Assembly (NCBI GenBank): GCA_963718665.1 | Contig: OY970359.1 | Coordinates: forward strand, 2,208,001-2,272,000 | Reading direction: 5' to 3' | Length of the DNA: 64,000 nt | Source: an uncultured Phycisphaerales bacterium | Lineage (GTDB): Bacteria; Planctomycetota; Phycisphaerae; Sedimentisphaerales; Anaerobacaceae | Shown here: positions 39,431-48,927 of the stretch, piece by piece | How the letters are laid out: each line of letters starts with the position of its first letter | How positions within the stretch are numbered: position 1 is the stretch's first letter | The notes under the pieces: model-generated | The model's input: the letters and a program-made list of their open reading frames with translations, nothing else | Told to the model about the DNA's origin: nothing | The model's database searches: none | Position numbers and translations under genes: made by a program

Positions 39431-39814
39431 ATGAAAACTATACGAGTTATAGCAATTGCGATTAGTATCGTGCTTGCTCTCTTTTGTGGGTTTATTTCAA
39501 TTTTAGCTTTTTATCACGGTGTTGTTGATCCAGACCGCGACACTTGGTCCATATTTTTTGTGTTTGCTCTTGGCTTTATCGGCACGGGTGGTTTTCTTCT
39601 TTATGTTTATTATAAACCCCCTAAAATTGTAGCCGCCTTGCACAAGTCCAAATCCTATGCCGTAGAGGCGTTGCGTTTAGGCGGCAAACAGATGCTATGT
39701 GATATTATCAAGTGGACTATAATCATCATCGTAGCCGCCGTTGTGTTTCTAATCGTGCACCATATTCTCTGCGACGCGGACCCGGCTGCTGGGTCTCGGT
39801 CCATGGGTAGATAG
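39431..39814 (+). CDS. Three-TM hypothetical protein
   Basis: AAGGAG RBS; three hydrophobic segments. Confidence 0.65.
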   Translation: MKTIRVIAIAISIVLALFCGFISILAFYHGVVDPDRDTWSIFFVFALGFIGTGGFLLYVYYKPPKIVAALHKSKSYAVEALRLGGKQMLCDIIKWTIIIIVAAVVFLIVHHILCDADPAAGSRSMGR

Positions 39815-40039
39815 AAGACAACATACGGGCTATCCCCGATTCAGTAAGCGTGCTTTACCCGACGATTGATGAGGCCAAACTTGAGTGCTTGAATGAATTA
39901 TTTGCTAAATGGTTATCTGGCATTGTTTAACAAACGAAAAAGGTATCAGCCAATCTTTGCCCTGCGAAGCGGGTTACGAAGGCCGGGGAGGTTGTCGAGG
40001 TTTGAAAAAAAACGGTTGCTGGGCATGGTTTACTCGATG

Positions 40040-40900
40040 TTATTTTTTTGTGGGTCTTCGGGCTTTCTTTATTGAAAGTCGTTTACGTTGTGACCATACA
40101 TCTTTATGTATAATTTTAGAAATAACTTCTTTTGTCTTCATTGGGGTATCCGGGTGTTCCCGAACCTCTTCGACTTTCTTAGCGAATTCCTGAATAAAGA
40201 TTTCACGATCTTTATATTCTTTTCCAACCCAGAACTTATATCGAGTCCCATCAGGATGTTCAATTGAGATGTATAAACCAGCATCATCATTTTTCGACTT
40301 TTTCTTTTGTCCAATAAATTTTTCGTATGCAGCCCATAATAAGGATGCTATAGATGCAACAGAACCGATTGCTCCAAGGACTATTAAATATTCAATAGCG
40401 GCAAAAATATGACGACCACGAACTTTATCTGGGTCAAGCCAGAATGTTTGAATATTATCAGCATTAGATTCGATAAAAGAGTAGATTTCCTCTGGTTCAA
40501 CTCTCTCATGTACATTAGCTAAAGATACCTGCAAGGGTACAGGATATTTAATTTTTTTTCCTCCCACTATAGGCTGATACAGGACAACGTATTTCTTTTT
40601 GATATTATCCTGCATATTTGGGGGGAGGCGGTTAAAATCGAGGAGCTGCACCTTAAACGGAAGGTCGCTTTCAACAAAAACCTCGTTGAGCTTCGGCAGT
40701 ATTTTTTTGGCGGTCTCTTTATCGCAGAGAACCGCCAAGTCCAGGTCGGAGGCGGGATGGTGAGACCATTTGACGCGGGAGCCAAAGGCCCAGACAGTAG
40801 CCGCGGGTATATATAATTTTAGCTGCTCCAGCAGATACTGCAAATGAGGGAGGGGAACTGCAATTTGTTCGGCAAGGGTTTGTAAATCAGACGGATTCAC
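40040..40900 (-). CDS. MNT nucleotidyltransferase (antitoxin-type) fused to an unrelated C-terminal domain
   Basis: FGSRVKWSHHPASDLDL = GSX10DXD in the first ~110 aa; AT-rich ~170-aa tail with one hydrophobic segment. Confidence 0.8.
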   Translation of the reverse strand: MNPSDLQTLAEQIAVPLPHLQYLLEQLKLYIPAATVWAFGSRVKWSHHPASDLDLAVLCDKETAKKILPKLNEVFVESDLPFKVQLLDFNRLPPNMQDNIKKKYVVLYQPIVGGKKIKYPVPLQVSLANVHERVEPEEIYSFIESNADNIQTFWLDPDKVRGRHIFAAIEYLIVLGAIGSVASIASLLWAAYEKFIGQKKKSKNDDAGLYISIEHPDGTRYKFWVGKEYKDREIFIQEFAKKVEEVREHPDTPMKTKEVISKIIHKDVWSQRKRLSIKKARRPTKK

Positions 40901-41291
40901 CAGTCAAGCCCCGATAGAGATTAACGACGTCCTCGTAAAAACCTTCGGCGATATCCAAAACCGCCTCGGCCTTGTCGCTTGAATAATCGTGCGAGGTATC
41001 CTGACGGAATTGCAGGTAGTTGAACCATGCCTCCGGATTACTAATCAGGTTTCTCTGTGCAGCAAGACGGATAACCGACTTGGGACTGCCCGTGGCTGCC
41101 TCGGCAAAGCCCTCCTCTTCGAGATGTTTCTTGCAGATTTTCCAGGCGATTTCCAGAGTATATTCAAACCGCTTGATGAGCGAATCCTGAACCGCTTCCT
41201 GCTCGAGAGGCGGGCGATTGGCGTTATCGCGATATGCCTGTAACATCTCGCCGAATTGCTGTATTGCGGTTTTTAGCTGAGTATAATCCAT
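40887..41291 (-). CDS. HEPN-domain toxin-type protein (HI0074/NTase_sub_bind family)
   Basis: DSLIKRFEYTLEIAWK, SPKSVIR, RQDTSHDY = RX4HXY. Overlaps the MNT gene. Confidence 0.88.
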   Translation of the reverse strand: MDYTQLKTAIQQFGEMLQAYRDNANRPPLEQEAVQDSLIKRFEYTLEIAWKICKKHLEEEGFAEAATGSPKSVIRLAAQRNLISNPEAWFNYLQFRQDTSHDYSSDKAEAVLDIAEGFYEDVVNLYRGLTGESV

Positions 41292-41440
41292 TCTTGTATC
41301 CTAAGAATCACACCATTAACTATAAATCCTCTCGTTCACGGAGTCAAAATAAAAAGGGGGTAATAATAAATTGCGGATTTTAGATTTGGGATTTGGTGCT
41401 TTGGATATTGACCCGTCTTCTGTCCTCAGTTCTCTGTCTT

Positions 41441-43105
41441 CTATTTACCCGCCTTGCGAATCTGTTCCTTTATCCGTTGTATATGTCCTCTGCCTAATCC
41501 TTTGACTTCGCAGCCAAGCTCGAAATATTGTCGAATCTTATCGTCGTCCAAAATCCCAAAGCAGTCAACTATCGCAATTGGCCCGCCTGCCCATTCGACT
41601 AACTGTTTTGGCTCAATGTTCAGGTACTGTTTATGAGGAACAGCTAAAATAACCGCCTCGACTCCCTTAACTGCCCTCGGCAAATCCTTCTGCACACGGA
41701 GATTTACCAAATCCTCCTGCTTATGGAAGAATCTCGCCCACGACTGGCCCGGCGAGGGAAATGTGTCCTGCTGCTCTAATTCATACCAGTGCTCAACGTA
41801 GGGGTCATGAACCGACATCTCCGCACCCATCTCTGTCAGTTTACGCACGATGATTTCCGAGCCGCTGTATCGCGTGTCGCCGACGTCCTGCCGATAGCTC
41901 GCGCCGCAGAGCAGCACCCTCGCGTTGGCGACCATTTTGCCCATATTCCGAAGCGCATTGCGCGTCAGCTCCGCGACGTGCAGCGACCGCGTATCATTAA
42001 TATCAATCGCCATCGTCGTCATCTTGAATATATCATCCTCATACCCAAGGATATGCTTATACGCCCAGAAGCCCAGCCCGCCGTCTTTGGGCAGACAATA
42101 TCCGCCCACGCCCGGCCCGGGGAATATCATATTATTATGCGTAGGCCTCATCTTGATGGCCTTGATTACCTTAATCAGGTCAACGCCGTTGCGCTCCGCG
42201 AACAAGCTCCACTCATCCAGGAACGCCAGCATCGTCGCCCGAAACGAATTCTCGACAATCTTACTTGTCTCCGATTCGATTGGGCGGTCCATTACCGTCA
42301 GTGGAAATTGCTCGGTGTTCAGCACCTCGCGCAAAAACTTCTCCACCCGCTGCTTTGCTTCATCGTTGCATCCGGAACAAACCCGCCAAATATCGCGAAT
42401 CGACGAAACATAATTTTTACCCGGCATCACGCGCTCATAACTGTGCGCAAGCAGCGGCTCCGCCTTTAATCCTCTTGCCGCGAATGCCCGCTTCATTATA
42501 GGCCAGCCGATATATTCCGTCGTCCCCGGCGCAACCGTCGTCTCTATCAGCGTCAGGCATTTTTCCCCGACCTTACTTCCGATTGTCTTTATCACCGCCT
42601 CAAGCGCCGCCATCTCCACGCTGCCCGTCCGCATATTGCCCAGTTCCTGCTTGGTATAATCGCACTGCACGTCAACCACCACGCAGTCCGCCAGCTTGAG
42701 GCAATCATTATTATATGTGGCCGTCAGCGTTTTCTTTTCCGTAACGCATCGCCTTATCATCGGCGCAACTTCCGGGTCCTCCGCTTTGACGGGCGAATTG
42801 CCCTTGTTGAGCATCATTATCTTCCAGTAGCTTCTATCGTTTGGCAAATCGCATCCGATGACAAACTTATTCGGCTTGCCCGTTTTACCCTGAGCTCCGT
42901 CGAAGGGCTTCTTATCGACCGTGTCGGCTATTATCGCCGCCATCACCGCCCCGACAAACCCCACCCCCATCACCACGACTATTTCCTTGCCTTGCTTGCG
43001 TGCCGCCTCCGCCAGAGTTTCCACGCGTTTGAATTCCTGCGTGTAATCTTCTTGTCCCGGCAGGGGGTATCGTTTGCCTTCTGGACTAACCGAATATTCC
43101 GGCAT
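41441..43105 (-). CDS. UDP-glucose/GDP-mannose dehydrogenase family protein, copy 2
   Basis: Colinear paralog of 35199..36842 with an extra PFDGAQGK. Confidence 0.92.
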   Translation of the reverse strand: MPEYSVSPEGKRYPLPGQEDYTQEFKRVETLAEAARKQGKEIVVVMGVGFVGAVMAAIIADTVDKKPFDGAQGKTGKPNKFVIGCDLPNDRSYWKIMMLNKGNSPVKAEDPEVAPMIRRCVTEKKTLTATYNNDCLKLADCVVVDVQCDYTKQELGNMRTGSVEMAALEAVIKTIGSKVGEKCLTLIETTVAPGTTEYIGWPIMKRAFAARGLKAEPLLAHSYERVMPGKNYVSSIRDIWRVCSGCNDEAKQRVEKFLREVLNTEQFPLTVMDRPIESETSKIVENSFRATMLAFLDEWSLFAERNGVDLIKVIKAIKMRPTHNNMIFPGPGVGGYCLPKDGGLGFWAYKHILGYEDDIFKMTTMAIDINDTRSLHVAELTRNALRNMGKMVANARVLLCGASYRQDVGDTRYSGSEIIVRKLTEMGAEMSVHDPYVEHWYELEQQDTFPSPGQSWARFFHKQEDLVNLRVQKDLPRAVKGVEAVILAVPHKQYLNIEPKQLVEWAGGPIAIVDCFGILDDDKIRQYFELGCEVKGLGRGHIQRIKEQIRKAGK

Positions 43106-43376
43106 TCACTGTTCCTTTCTGCGTTCCGTGTTTACATATTTAACGTCAATAAATCCCGCAGAGTTTACCCTCAAAAACCCGTCAGGCAAGGTTTTTTTAC
43201 CGCGGCGTTTACCTCGGCGTAGTTCCTTAACGAAGCCGGGAAGCGTAGCGACCTGTGGTGAGCTAAGTCGAACCAAGCCGGGTCTTCCCCCCTGAACACC
43301 CAAATCTGAATTTAAAACCCCCTGTGTCCTCTGTGTTCTCTGTGGCTAATAATCATTAAAATCTCTGTGGCAAAAT

Positions 43377-43405
43377 AAAAAAGCCCCGTCTTTCAACAGG
43401 GCTTC
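43377..43405 (-). terminator. Probable intrinsic terminator
   Basis: Minus strand AAGCCCTGTTGAAAGACGGGGCTTTTT. Confidence 0.6.
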
Positions 43406-43438
43406 AGTAACTATCCGCTACACGCTACACGCTGCTTT

Positions 43439-43816
43439 TCAGTCCTCCGTCTTGCGTTCACCGTTGTTCTTGCATTCCGCCAGCTTGCCCGGCTCAGCGG
43501 TTTTCCTATAGCCCAGCGCCTTGATTACCTCCAGCACCTCAGTCCACGTCGGGAAGGGGCGGGCGTTGGCCTTTTTGTATTCATTGATGGCCATCAAAAA
43601 CTCGAACTGCTCATCGGACATTTGTCCTTCTTCGGCGCTTCTGCGGTCATCGCTCCTGCGTTTGCCCGGCCCGCGCCGGCGGTCAAGTCCGATTCTCCTG
43701 TCGAGTCCTGCTCGCCGGTCAATACCGACTCGCCTGTCAACGACACTGTCTCTGCGGTCCTCCTCGGTGTTGCATCCCACGGGCTGTTGCTCATTATTCA
43801 GTTCATTTGTTGCCAT
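43439..43816 (-). CDS. Small protein with tandem DRR repeats
   Basis: EDRR..VDRRVGIDRRAGLDRRIGLDRRRGPGKRRSDDRR followed by EFLMAINEYKK...PFPTWTEVL...LGYRK. GGGAG RBS. Confidence 0.85.
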   Translation of the reverse strand: MATNELNNEQQPVGCNTEEDRRDSVVDRRVGIDRRAGLDRRIGLDRRRGPGKRRSDDRRSAEEGQMSDEQFEFLMAINEYKKANARPFPTWTEVLEVIKALGYRKTAEPGKLAECKNNGERKTED

Positions 43817-43874
43817 TGCGTCTCCCTTGTTTATTGACTGCACGCCGTACGCTGTACGCCGTGTCCTGGTTTAA

Positions 43875-44255
43875 CTAATCCTCAAAGATGTCGCCTTCTA
43901 AGTCATCTTCATTCTCTTCATCGAGTCCGAAATCATAAAAATCATCGTATGCGTCCTGCGACTCGATTACCACGTGTGCCTCATCCACCATATCGTCCGG
44001 CACATACACCGCGAAGTGAGTACCCTCGCCGAACTCATTCGGCCTCTCCTTCACCATCGCTGGGATATCGTTGTTCTTCAGCAGTGTCTCGCAGTCCTTC
44101 GCTTCATCCAGCATGCTCGACGTCGCTACCACGACAAGCTCCTGCATTCCCCGGCTGTGATTTCGGCCGCTGCTCTTCGGCGCCGAATGCACCGATATCG
44201 AATTACTCGCTTGTGTCGATTGTCTCTTATGTGCCTTTTTCGTCTTCTTATTCAT
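43875..44255 (-). CDS. DUF2007-like (GlnB-fold) protein with acidic tail
   Basis: EA......LL.NNDIPAMV......AVYVP.D.VDEA pattern; basic N-terminus, D/E-rich C-terminus. Confidence 0.65.
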   Translation of the reverse strand: MNKKTKKAHKRQSTQASNSISVHSAPKSSGRNHSRGMQELVVVATSSMLDEAKDCETLLKNNDIPAMVKERPNEFGEGTHFAVYVPDDMVDEAHVVIESQDAYDDFYDFGLDEENEDDLEGDIFED

Positions 44256-44537
44256 TATTCCATCTCCCTGTCTTACATCTCGTTTCTCGTCGTTCGTAAT
44301 ACGTATTGCGTGGTCAGTTCGCACTACGCAGAACTCTCGCTAATTTCTTCGTCAATTACTCACCCCCTGTTTATCAAAAAATCACATCCTTTTTTAATTG
44401 TGCCGCCTTTACCTAACCCCTTGTCTATACTTGACTTACTTCGATATTAGCTATTGGCTGTTGGATATTGGATATTGGACATTGTGCGTTTATCGTGGGG
44501 GGGTGGACATTTAATGCTGTCCGCTGTCTGCAAAAAC

Positions 44538-44567
44538 GAAAAAGGCCACGCATTGCGTGGCCTTTTC
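44538..44567. terminator. Bidirectional intrinsic terminator after the cold-shock gene
   Basis: AAAAAGGCCACGC-att-GCGTGGCCTTTT. Confidence 0.8.
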
Positions 44568-44588
44568 TCTGAGTCAATTGCTGGTCGT

Positions 44589-44798
44589 CTATTTCGGTAC
44601 TACGTTTGTCGCGCAGGGGCCTTTTTTGCCCTGGCCAACCTCGTACTCAACTACCTGACCTTCGCTCAAGCTTGAATACCCGGATGACTTGATTTCCGAG
44701 TGGTGAACGAACAGGTCTGGGCCGCCGTCGTCAGCTACGATAAACCCGAAACCTTTTTGATCATTGAACCATTTTACTTTACCTGTACTCACTAACAT
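44589..44798 (-). CDS. Cold-shock protein (CspA family)
   Basis: [15 protein letters not shown]...DLFVHHS...[10 protein letters not shown]. Confidence 0.97.
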   Translation of the reverse strand: MLVSTGKVKWFNDQKGFGFIVADDGGPDLFVHHSEIKSSGYSSLSEGQVVEYEVGQGKKGPCATNVVPK

Positions 44799-45033
44799 AC
44801 TCCTTGGCCTTTTAATCGGCCGTCAATCTATAATGCCTCTCACATTTTGTGTTTGGAATATCCTCGAGAAGCGAAAAGATATGCCCTACAAGTCAGTTAT
44901 TATACCACATCTTTCCCCCGCTGCACTATAAATAATAAAAAATTATTCAAAATTCCAAAAAAGAAAATGGGATTAGACGCTGATTAACCCAGTGAGATAG
45001 GCGAAGCCGCAGCGTTCCTCCTTCGTCCCTGGA

Positions 45034-45639
45034 CTACGGAGGACAGGCTCCAGCCTTATCCTGAGGGAAGTTAAGTCGAGCAAATTCCCTATGGTATTCG
45101 AGAGCAGCTTTATCGTACGCAAGGGCGGCTTCGATTTCGGAAGTGAAACTGCCCAACCAAATTTTTTTCCCTTTATGTTTAATATTCGCATACCAGTGGG
45201 TTTTTTCAGGGCAAAGACATACCCCTTTATATTGAGACGAAGTATTTTTTGTTTTGCGTCTGTTGCACTGGTTTTGAGAATTGGTGGCTAAACGTAAATT
45301 GGCCCTGCGATTGTCGAGTTTGTCGCTGTTTTGATGGTCAACAAGAGTGCCTTTAGGGGCATTCATAATCTCTCTATGTATAAAGATGGTTTCTACTCGT
45401 CCGCATTTGGTTTGTTTGAGTATGCGAGCGGCATAAATCCGACCTTCATCGCCGCAGGCGGTCCATTTGAAACGGCCGAGGGTATAATAGACATCGACGT
45501 CAACGATGGTGAAGCAATTCTCGCCGAGGTCAATTTTGCGGAAGGTGTAGCCATAACGGAACAGGCGAAAGGCAAGTAGGGGTAAGGTGAAAAGAAAGTC
45601 GAGCCAGACGGGAATTGTTATAGTTAAATGTGCAGACAT
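45034..45639 (-). CDS. HNH endonuclease-AP2 domain protein, copy 2
   Basis: IHREIM...VDHQNSDKLDNRRANLR and SQYKGV...WLGSF..EIEAALAYD...FARLNFP. GGAGG RBS. Confidence 0.9.
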   Translation of the reverse strand: MSAHLTITIPVWLDFLFTLPLLAFRLFRYGYTFRKIDLGENCFTIVDVDVYYTLGRFKWTACGDEGRIYAARILKQTKCGRVETIFIHREIMNAPKGTLVDHQNSDKLDNRRANLRLATNSQNQCNRRKTKNTSSQYKGVCLCPEKTHWYANIKHKGKKIWLGSFTSEIEAALAYDKAALEYHREFARLNFPQDKAGACPP

Positions 45640-45658
45640 AGTTTCCTCCAGAACAAGA

Positions 45659-45740
45659 AATTCTAATTTCTAAATCCTAATCTCTAAACAAATCCCAAAT
45701 TTCAAACAAACAACAAATCACAAATTGCAAATAACAAATG
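45659..45740. repeat. AT-rich heptamer tandem tract
   Basis: aattcta atttcta aatccta atctcta aacaaat cccaaat ttcaaac ... Confidence 0.7.
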
Positions 45741-46246
45741 ATTTGGAACTTGCCTGTTCTTGGCGTGAAACTTGCCCTCCCGGGGCGAGTACTCGGAAGA
45801 CGGAAGACAGACGACAGAGGACAGATTGGCCGGCCTCCGACCTCGGTCATCCGTCCTAGGGACCATAACGTTCCTCTATATATAAGGTGAAATTACACGC
45901 ATTTTAAGGAGTTACGAAACACGATTTTTTTGCCCAAAATCAGTAAGTTCTTGTGGGGGAAGGGATAAAAAAATATTTTAAAATCACCGATTTTTTTTGG
46001 GTATATAGGTAATTTTGGGGAAAAGCGATTGATTGAACTGCCCAGATTGACATTTCGCCGCAAATTCGAAAATCAAGAACCCGGCAATAAAGTTGCCGGG
46101 TCATAAAAATTGTAAAACCAACACTTGCCCGCCGTCCGTTTGGCGAGGTTTGCCGCCCCCTCGGTTTCGACCACAAGGGGGGTGGCAATTTGCCCCCACC
46201 CTTTGGCAAACTCTGGGGCCGGCTTCGTTCATAAACTGTTTTTTGT

Positions 46247-47122
46247 CTAATGCACGCCAATTTTCCAGACGCCTTTTTCAAGAAAAGCTTCTATGGTCTG
46301 GCGGTTTGCTTTATTTATCAAATTGGAGTGTGATAAGTTAAACTCTTTGGCGTATTCGGCAAGCGTCATAATGCGCGCGCTTTCCAGATACGCAAGCCGC
46401 TTGTAATAACTATTCGTAAGGGCTTTACCGACTATTTCCTCCATAATCCTTGTGGCGCCTTTTTCGTCAAATTCGTTAAACGCATCGTAATACATCTTCC
46501 TGTCAATGAATTTAATATTCACCGGCACGAATCCTTCTCGTATAAGCAGATAATTATTTATTACCCTTCCGATACGGCCGTTGCCATCGACAAACGGGTG
46601 GATGTATTCAAACGTAAGATGCAGCAGCGCAATGCGTTTTATAATATTTTCATGACTGTTTGCGTTATACGCCGCGAGCATTTTTTCCAATCTTCCAACC
46701 ACTTCTTTGGGGTCCGGGGCTATGTGGCTGGCAACTCGAACCCATTCGCCTTGCTGTCTAAATCTTCCGGCGACATCATCCCGGATATTTGCTATAAGCA
46801 TTTTGTGAAGCAGCAGTAAACCATCCAGGGTAAGCTCCTGTTCTTTGGCTTTTGTATCGATATACGAAACTACCCGCGCGAGATTTTTGGCTTCAAAAAT
46901 TTCTCTTTCGGTTATGTATCTGTCTAAGTTTATCTGCAAAAGGATTTTTTCTGTGTCTTCGAGTGTAAGGGTGCTGTTCTCGATGGCATTGGAGTTATAC
47001 ACCTGCTCGGCGACTTCCGCTTCGCTCAATAATTTTATAAGCGATTGTTTCCCTACAGACGCGGCATAATACCGCTCCCTGAGCCGATGGATTGTATTAA
47101 AAACATGCAATACCTTTGCCAT
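46247..47122 (-). CDS. Fic-domain protein with N-terminal inhibitory helix
   Basis: HPFVDGNGRIGR catalytic motif; SNAIEN = (S/T)xxxE(G/N); short HTH-like C-terminus. Confidence 0.93.
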   Translation of the reverse strand: MAKVLHVFNTIHRLRERYYAASVGKQSLIKLLSEAEVAEQVYNSNAIENSTLTLEDTEKILLQINLDRYITEREIFEAKNLARVVSYIDTKAKEQELTLDGLLLLHKMLIANIRDDVAGRFRQQGEWVRVASHIAPDPKEVVGRLEKMLAAYNANSHENIIKRIALLHLTFEYIHPFVDGNGRIGRVINNYLLIREGFVPVNIKFIDRKMYYDAFNEFDEKGATRIMEEIVGKALTNSYYKRLAYLESARIMTLAEYAKEFNLSHSNLINKANRQTIEAFLEKGVWKIGVH

Positions 47123-47534
47123 AATTATATTATACGCCTAATTCACGCTTTTGCCAACATAATCGTGAAAAAGTTACAAAAAACCGACTATTTTCACGCT
47201 TTTGAACTGTAATTACTCCCGCAAAAGCCGCCTTTGCCTATATCGACCATATCGGTGATATCAACGAAATGATCCTCTACACGCTGTCCGCTGAACGCCG
47301 TCCGCTGTCGCCCATTTTCTGTCCTCTGCCCTCCGTCATCTGTCCTCTGTCTTATCACGGCCTTCTACTATCGCTGCTTATCGACTACGAAAAATATATT
47401 TGAAAAATATCTCACCTCGCATCTGGCAAACCATATTCCTCAAGAACCTGCCTAAAACGCATTATCCTTGACTTTTTTACTGCCATGTTTACCATATGTT
47501 TGTATTTGTAATAAAATTAGGAGTATTGCCAAGA

Positions 47535-47798
47535 ATGGAATCGCGTACAATAACACTTACTAAAGCCGCTTTCGACCACGGAAACCTTAACATACGTTCC
47601 TGCGGCAAAAATTTCTTCCCCCAGGACGTATTCGGCAATTCCTCACGCCGTAAAGGCATAGGCGCCCCTATCATAATAAAAGCTGATGGGATTCTACGGC
47701 CAATCGAAACGGATATCCCTACAGATGTAAAAACCGGCAAACCTCGATGGATTTTCAGAAATAGATCTTGGGTAAAAGAATTGGATATTTTTGATTAA
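47535..47798 (+). CDS. Short hypothetical protein, possibly truncated or chimeric
   Basis: 87 aa; TTGACT-16-TACCAT upstream; stop overlaps next ATG. Confidence 0.5.
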   Translation: MESRTITLTKAAFDHGNLNIRSCGKNFFPQDVFGNSSRRKGIGAPIIIKADGILRPIETDIPTDVKTGKPRWIFRNRSWVKELDIFD

Positions 47799-47992
47799 TG
47801 GAAATAGTGGAACAAGACAAATTAGTGTTCTCAATCACTTTGGATGATTTGCAGCATGAGTCTTTAGAAAGAATTGGCAGGGTATTGACCGACGAAGAAA
47901 TCCACATCGCAAAGAAGGGTTTAGAATCTGGATTACTCACGGATATTGATACTGTTTATAAAACGATATTTTCTGAAATGATTGGGAAATGA
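47798..47992 (+). CDS. Small acidic hypothetical protein
   Basis: 64 aa, start/stop overlaps on both sides (TAATG, ATGA). Confidence 0.65.
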   Translation: MEIVEQDKLVFSITLDDLQHESLERIGRVLTDEEIHIAKKGLESGLLTDIDTVYKTIFSEMIGK

Positions 47993-48927
47993 ATATGGCA
48001 GCGCAACAATTAAGTCCTTCTGACTTATTAGCATCCCAATTTCTTGAAAAAGCAAAAGAATTTCAAGCAAATGTTGAACTTATCAGAGTTCTAAAGTCAA
48101 GAACCTATCATATTGGGGAGGCAAATGTTTTAGTTCGCGCTTCATCAGAGGGTAACAGAAGATATTTTTTTGGCATCAATTATATAACTGTTGAAGAAAT
48201 TGCGAACCTTGACAACCCATTTATTGCTTTCATTTGTGGTTCTATTAATAAAGTTGTAATTATACCAGCCAAAATTCTTTTCAAGCATTTACCACAAATT
48301 AGCCACGACAGAAACGGTGAATACAAAATCAATATTGATAAAGAGTTGAACATTGTTCTGGCAGGAAGAAATAATAGGATTGATTGCAGCGGATTAATAA
48401 ATAATTGGAATCTGCTTTTGTCTCCTCCTCTAATTAAAGAAGAAGTAAGAAATACAGTGGAGGAAAGCTTGCATTCCATTTTGCAAGGTCGATTGTTGGA
48501 AATTGGAAACATTCGCGGTTATCATACCTACTGTCCGGATAAATCTAAAAAGTTCAACGAAAAAAGATTAGAAGAAATCTCAACTCTGAAAAATTGCCCT
48601 CAGTTGCAGTTTTCAGATTACAACTTGCTTAGACAGATTGATGTTTTGTGGTTTCAAAATCGTGGAAGCAATTTCGTCCCTGAATGTGCCTTTGAGGTCG
48701 AATTATCAACCGGAGTTTGGGCAGGTGTTGGAAGGATGGCCACATTATTGGATTACAAAAATGTCAGCTTTTTCGTAATTGCTAATGACTCAAAAAAATA
48801 TAAGCAAGTCATGAATTCATTTTCTGAATACGAAAGCCGTTACAAGTTCATTGCGAATGACTTTATCGACGACCTTTATTCTGCCGAGCTCAATCTGAAG
48901 GAATTAAGAATTGAAATTGGCTTGTAA
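47989..48927 (+). CDS. Putative PD-(D/E)xK nuclease
   Basis: HSILQGRLLEIG...RQIDVLWF...AFEVELST pattern in the C-terminal half. AT-rich. Confidence 0.7.
   Translation: MNMAAQQLSPSDLLASQFLEKAKEFQANVELIRVLKSRTYHIGEANVLVRASSEGNRRYFFGINYITVEEIANLDNPFIAFICGSINKVVIIPAKILFKHLPQISHDRNGEYKINIDKELNIVLAGRNNRIDCSGLINNWNLLLSPPLIKEEVRNTVEESLHSILQGRLLEIGNIRGYHTYCPDKSKKFNEKRLEEISTLKNCPQLQFSDYNLLRQIDVLWFQNRGSNFVPECAFEVELSTGVWAGVGRMATLLDYKNVSFFVIANDSKKYKQVMNSFSEYESRYKFIANDFIDDLYSAELNLKELRIEIGL

Noticed and set aside
38290..41291. Prophage or integrative element
   Set aside because: No integrase, structural genes or att pair; only a degenerate primase-like gene and a toxin-antitoxin pair.
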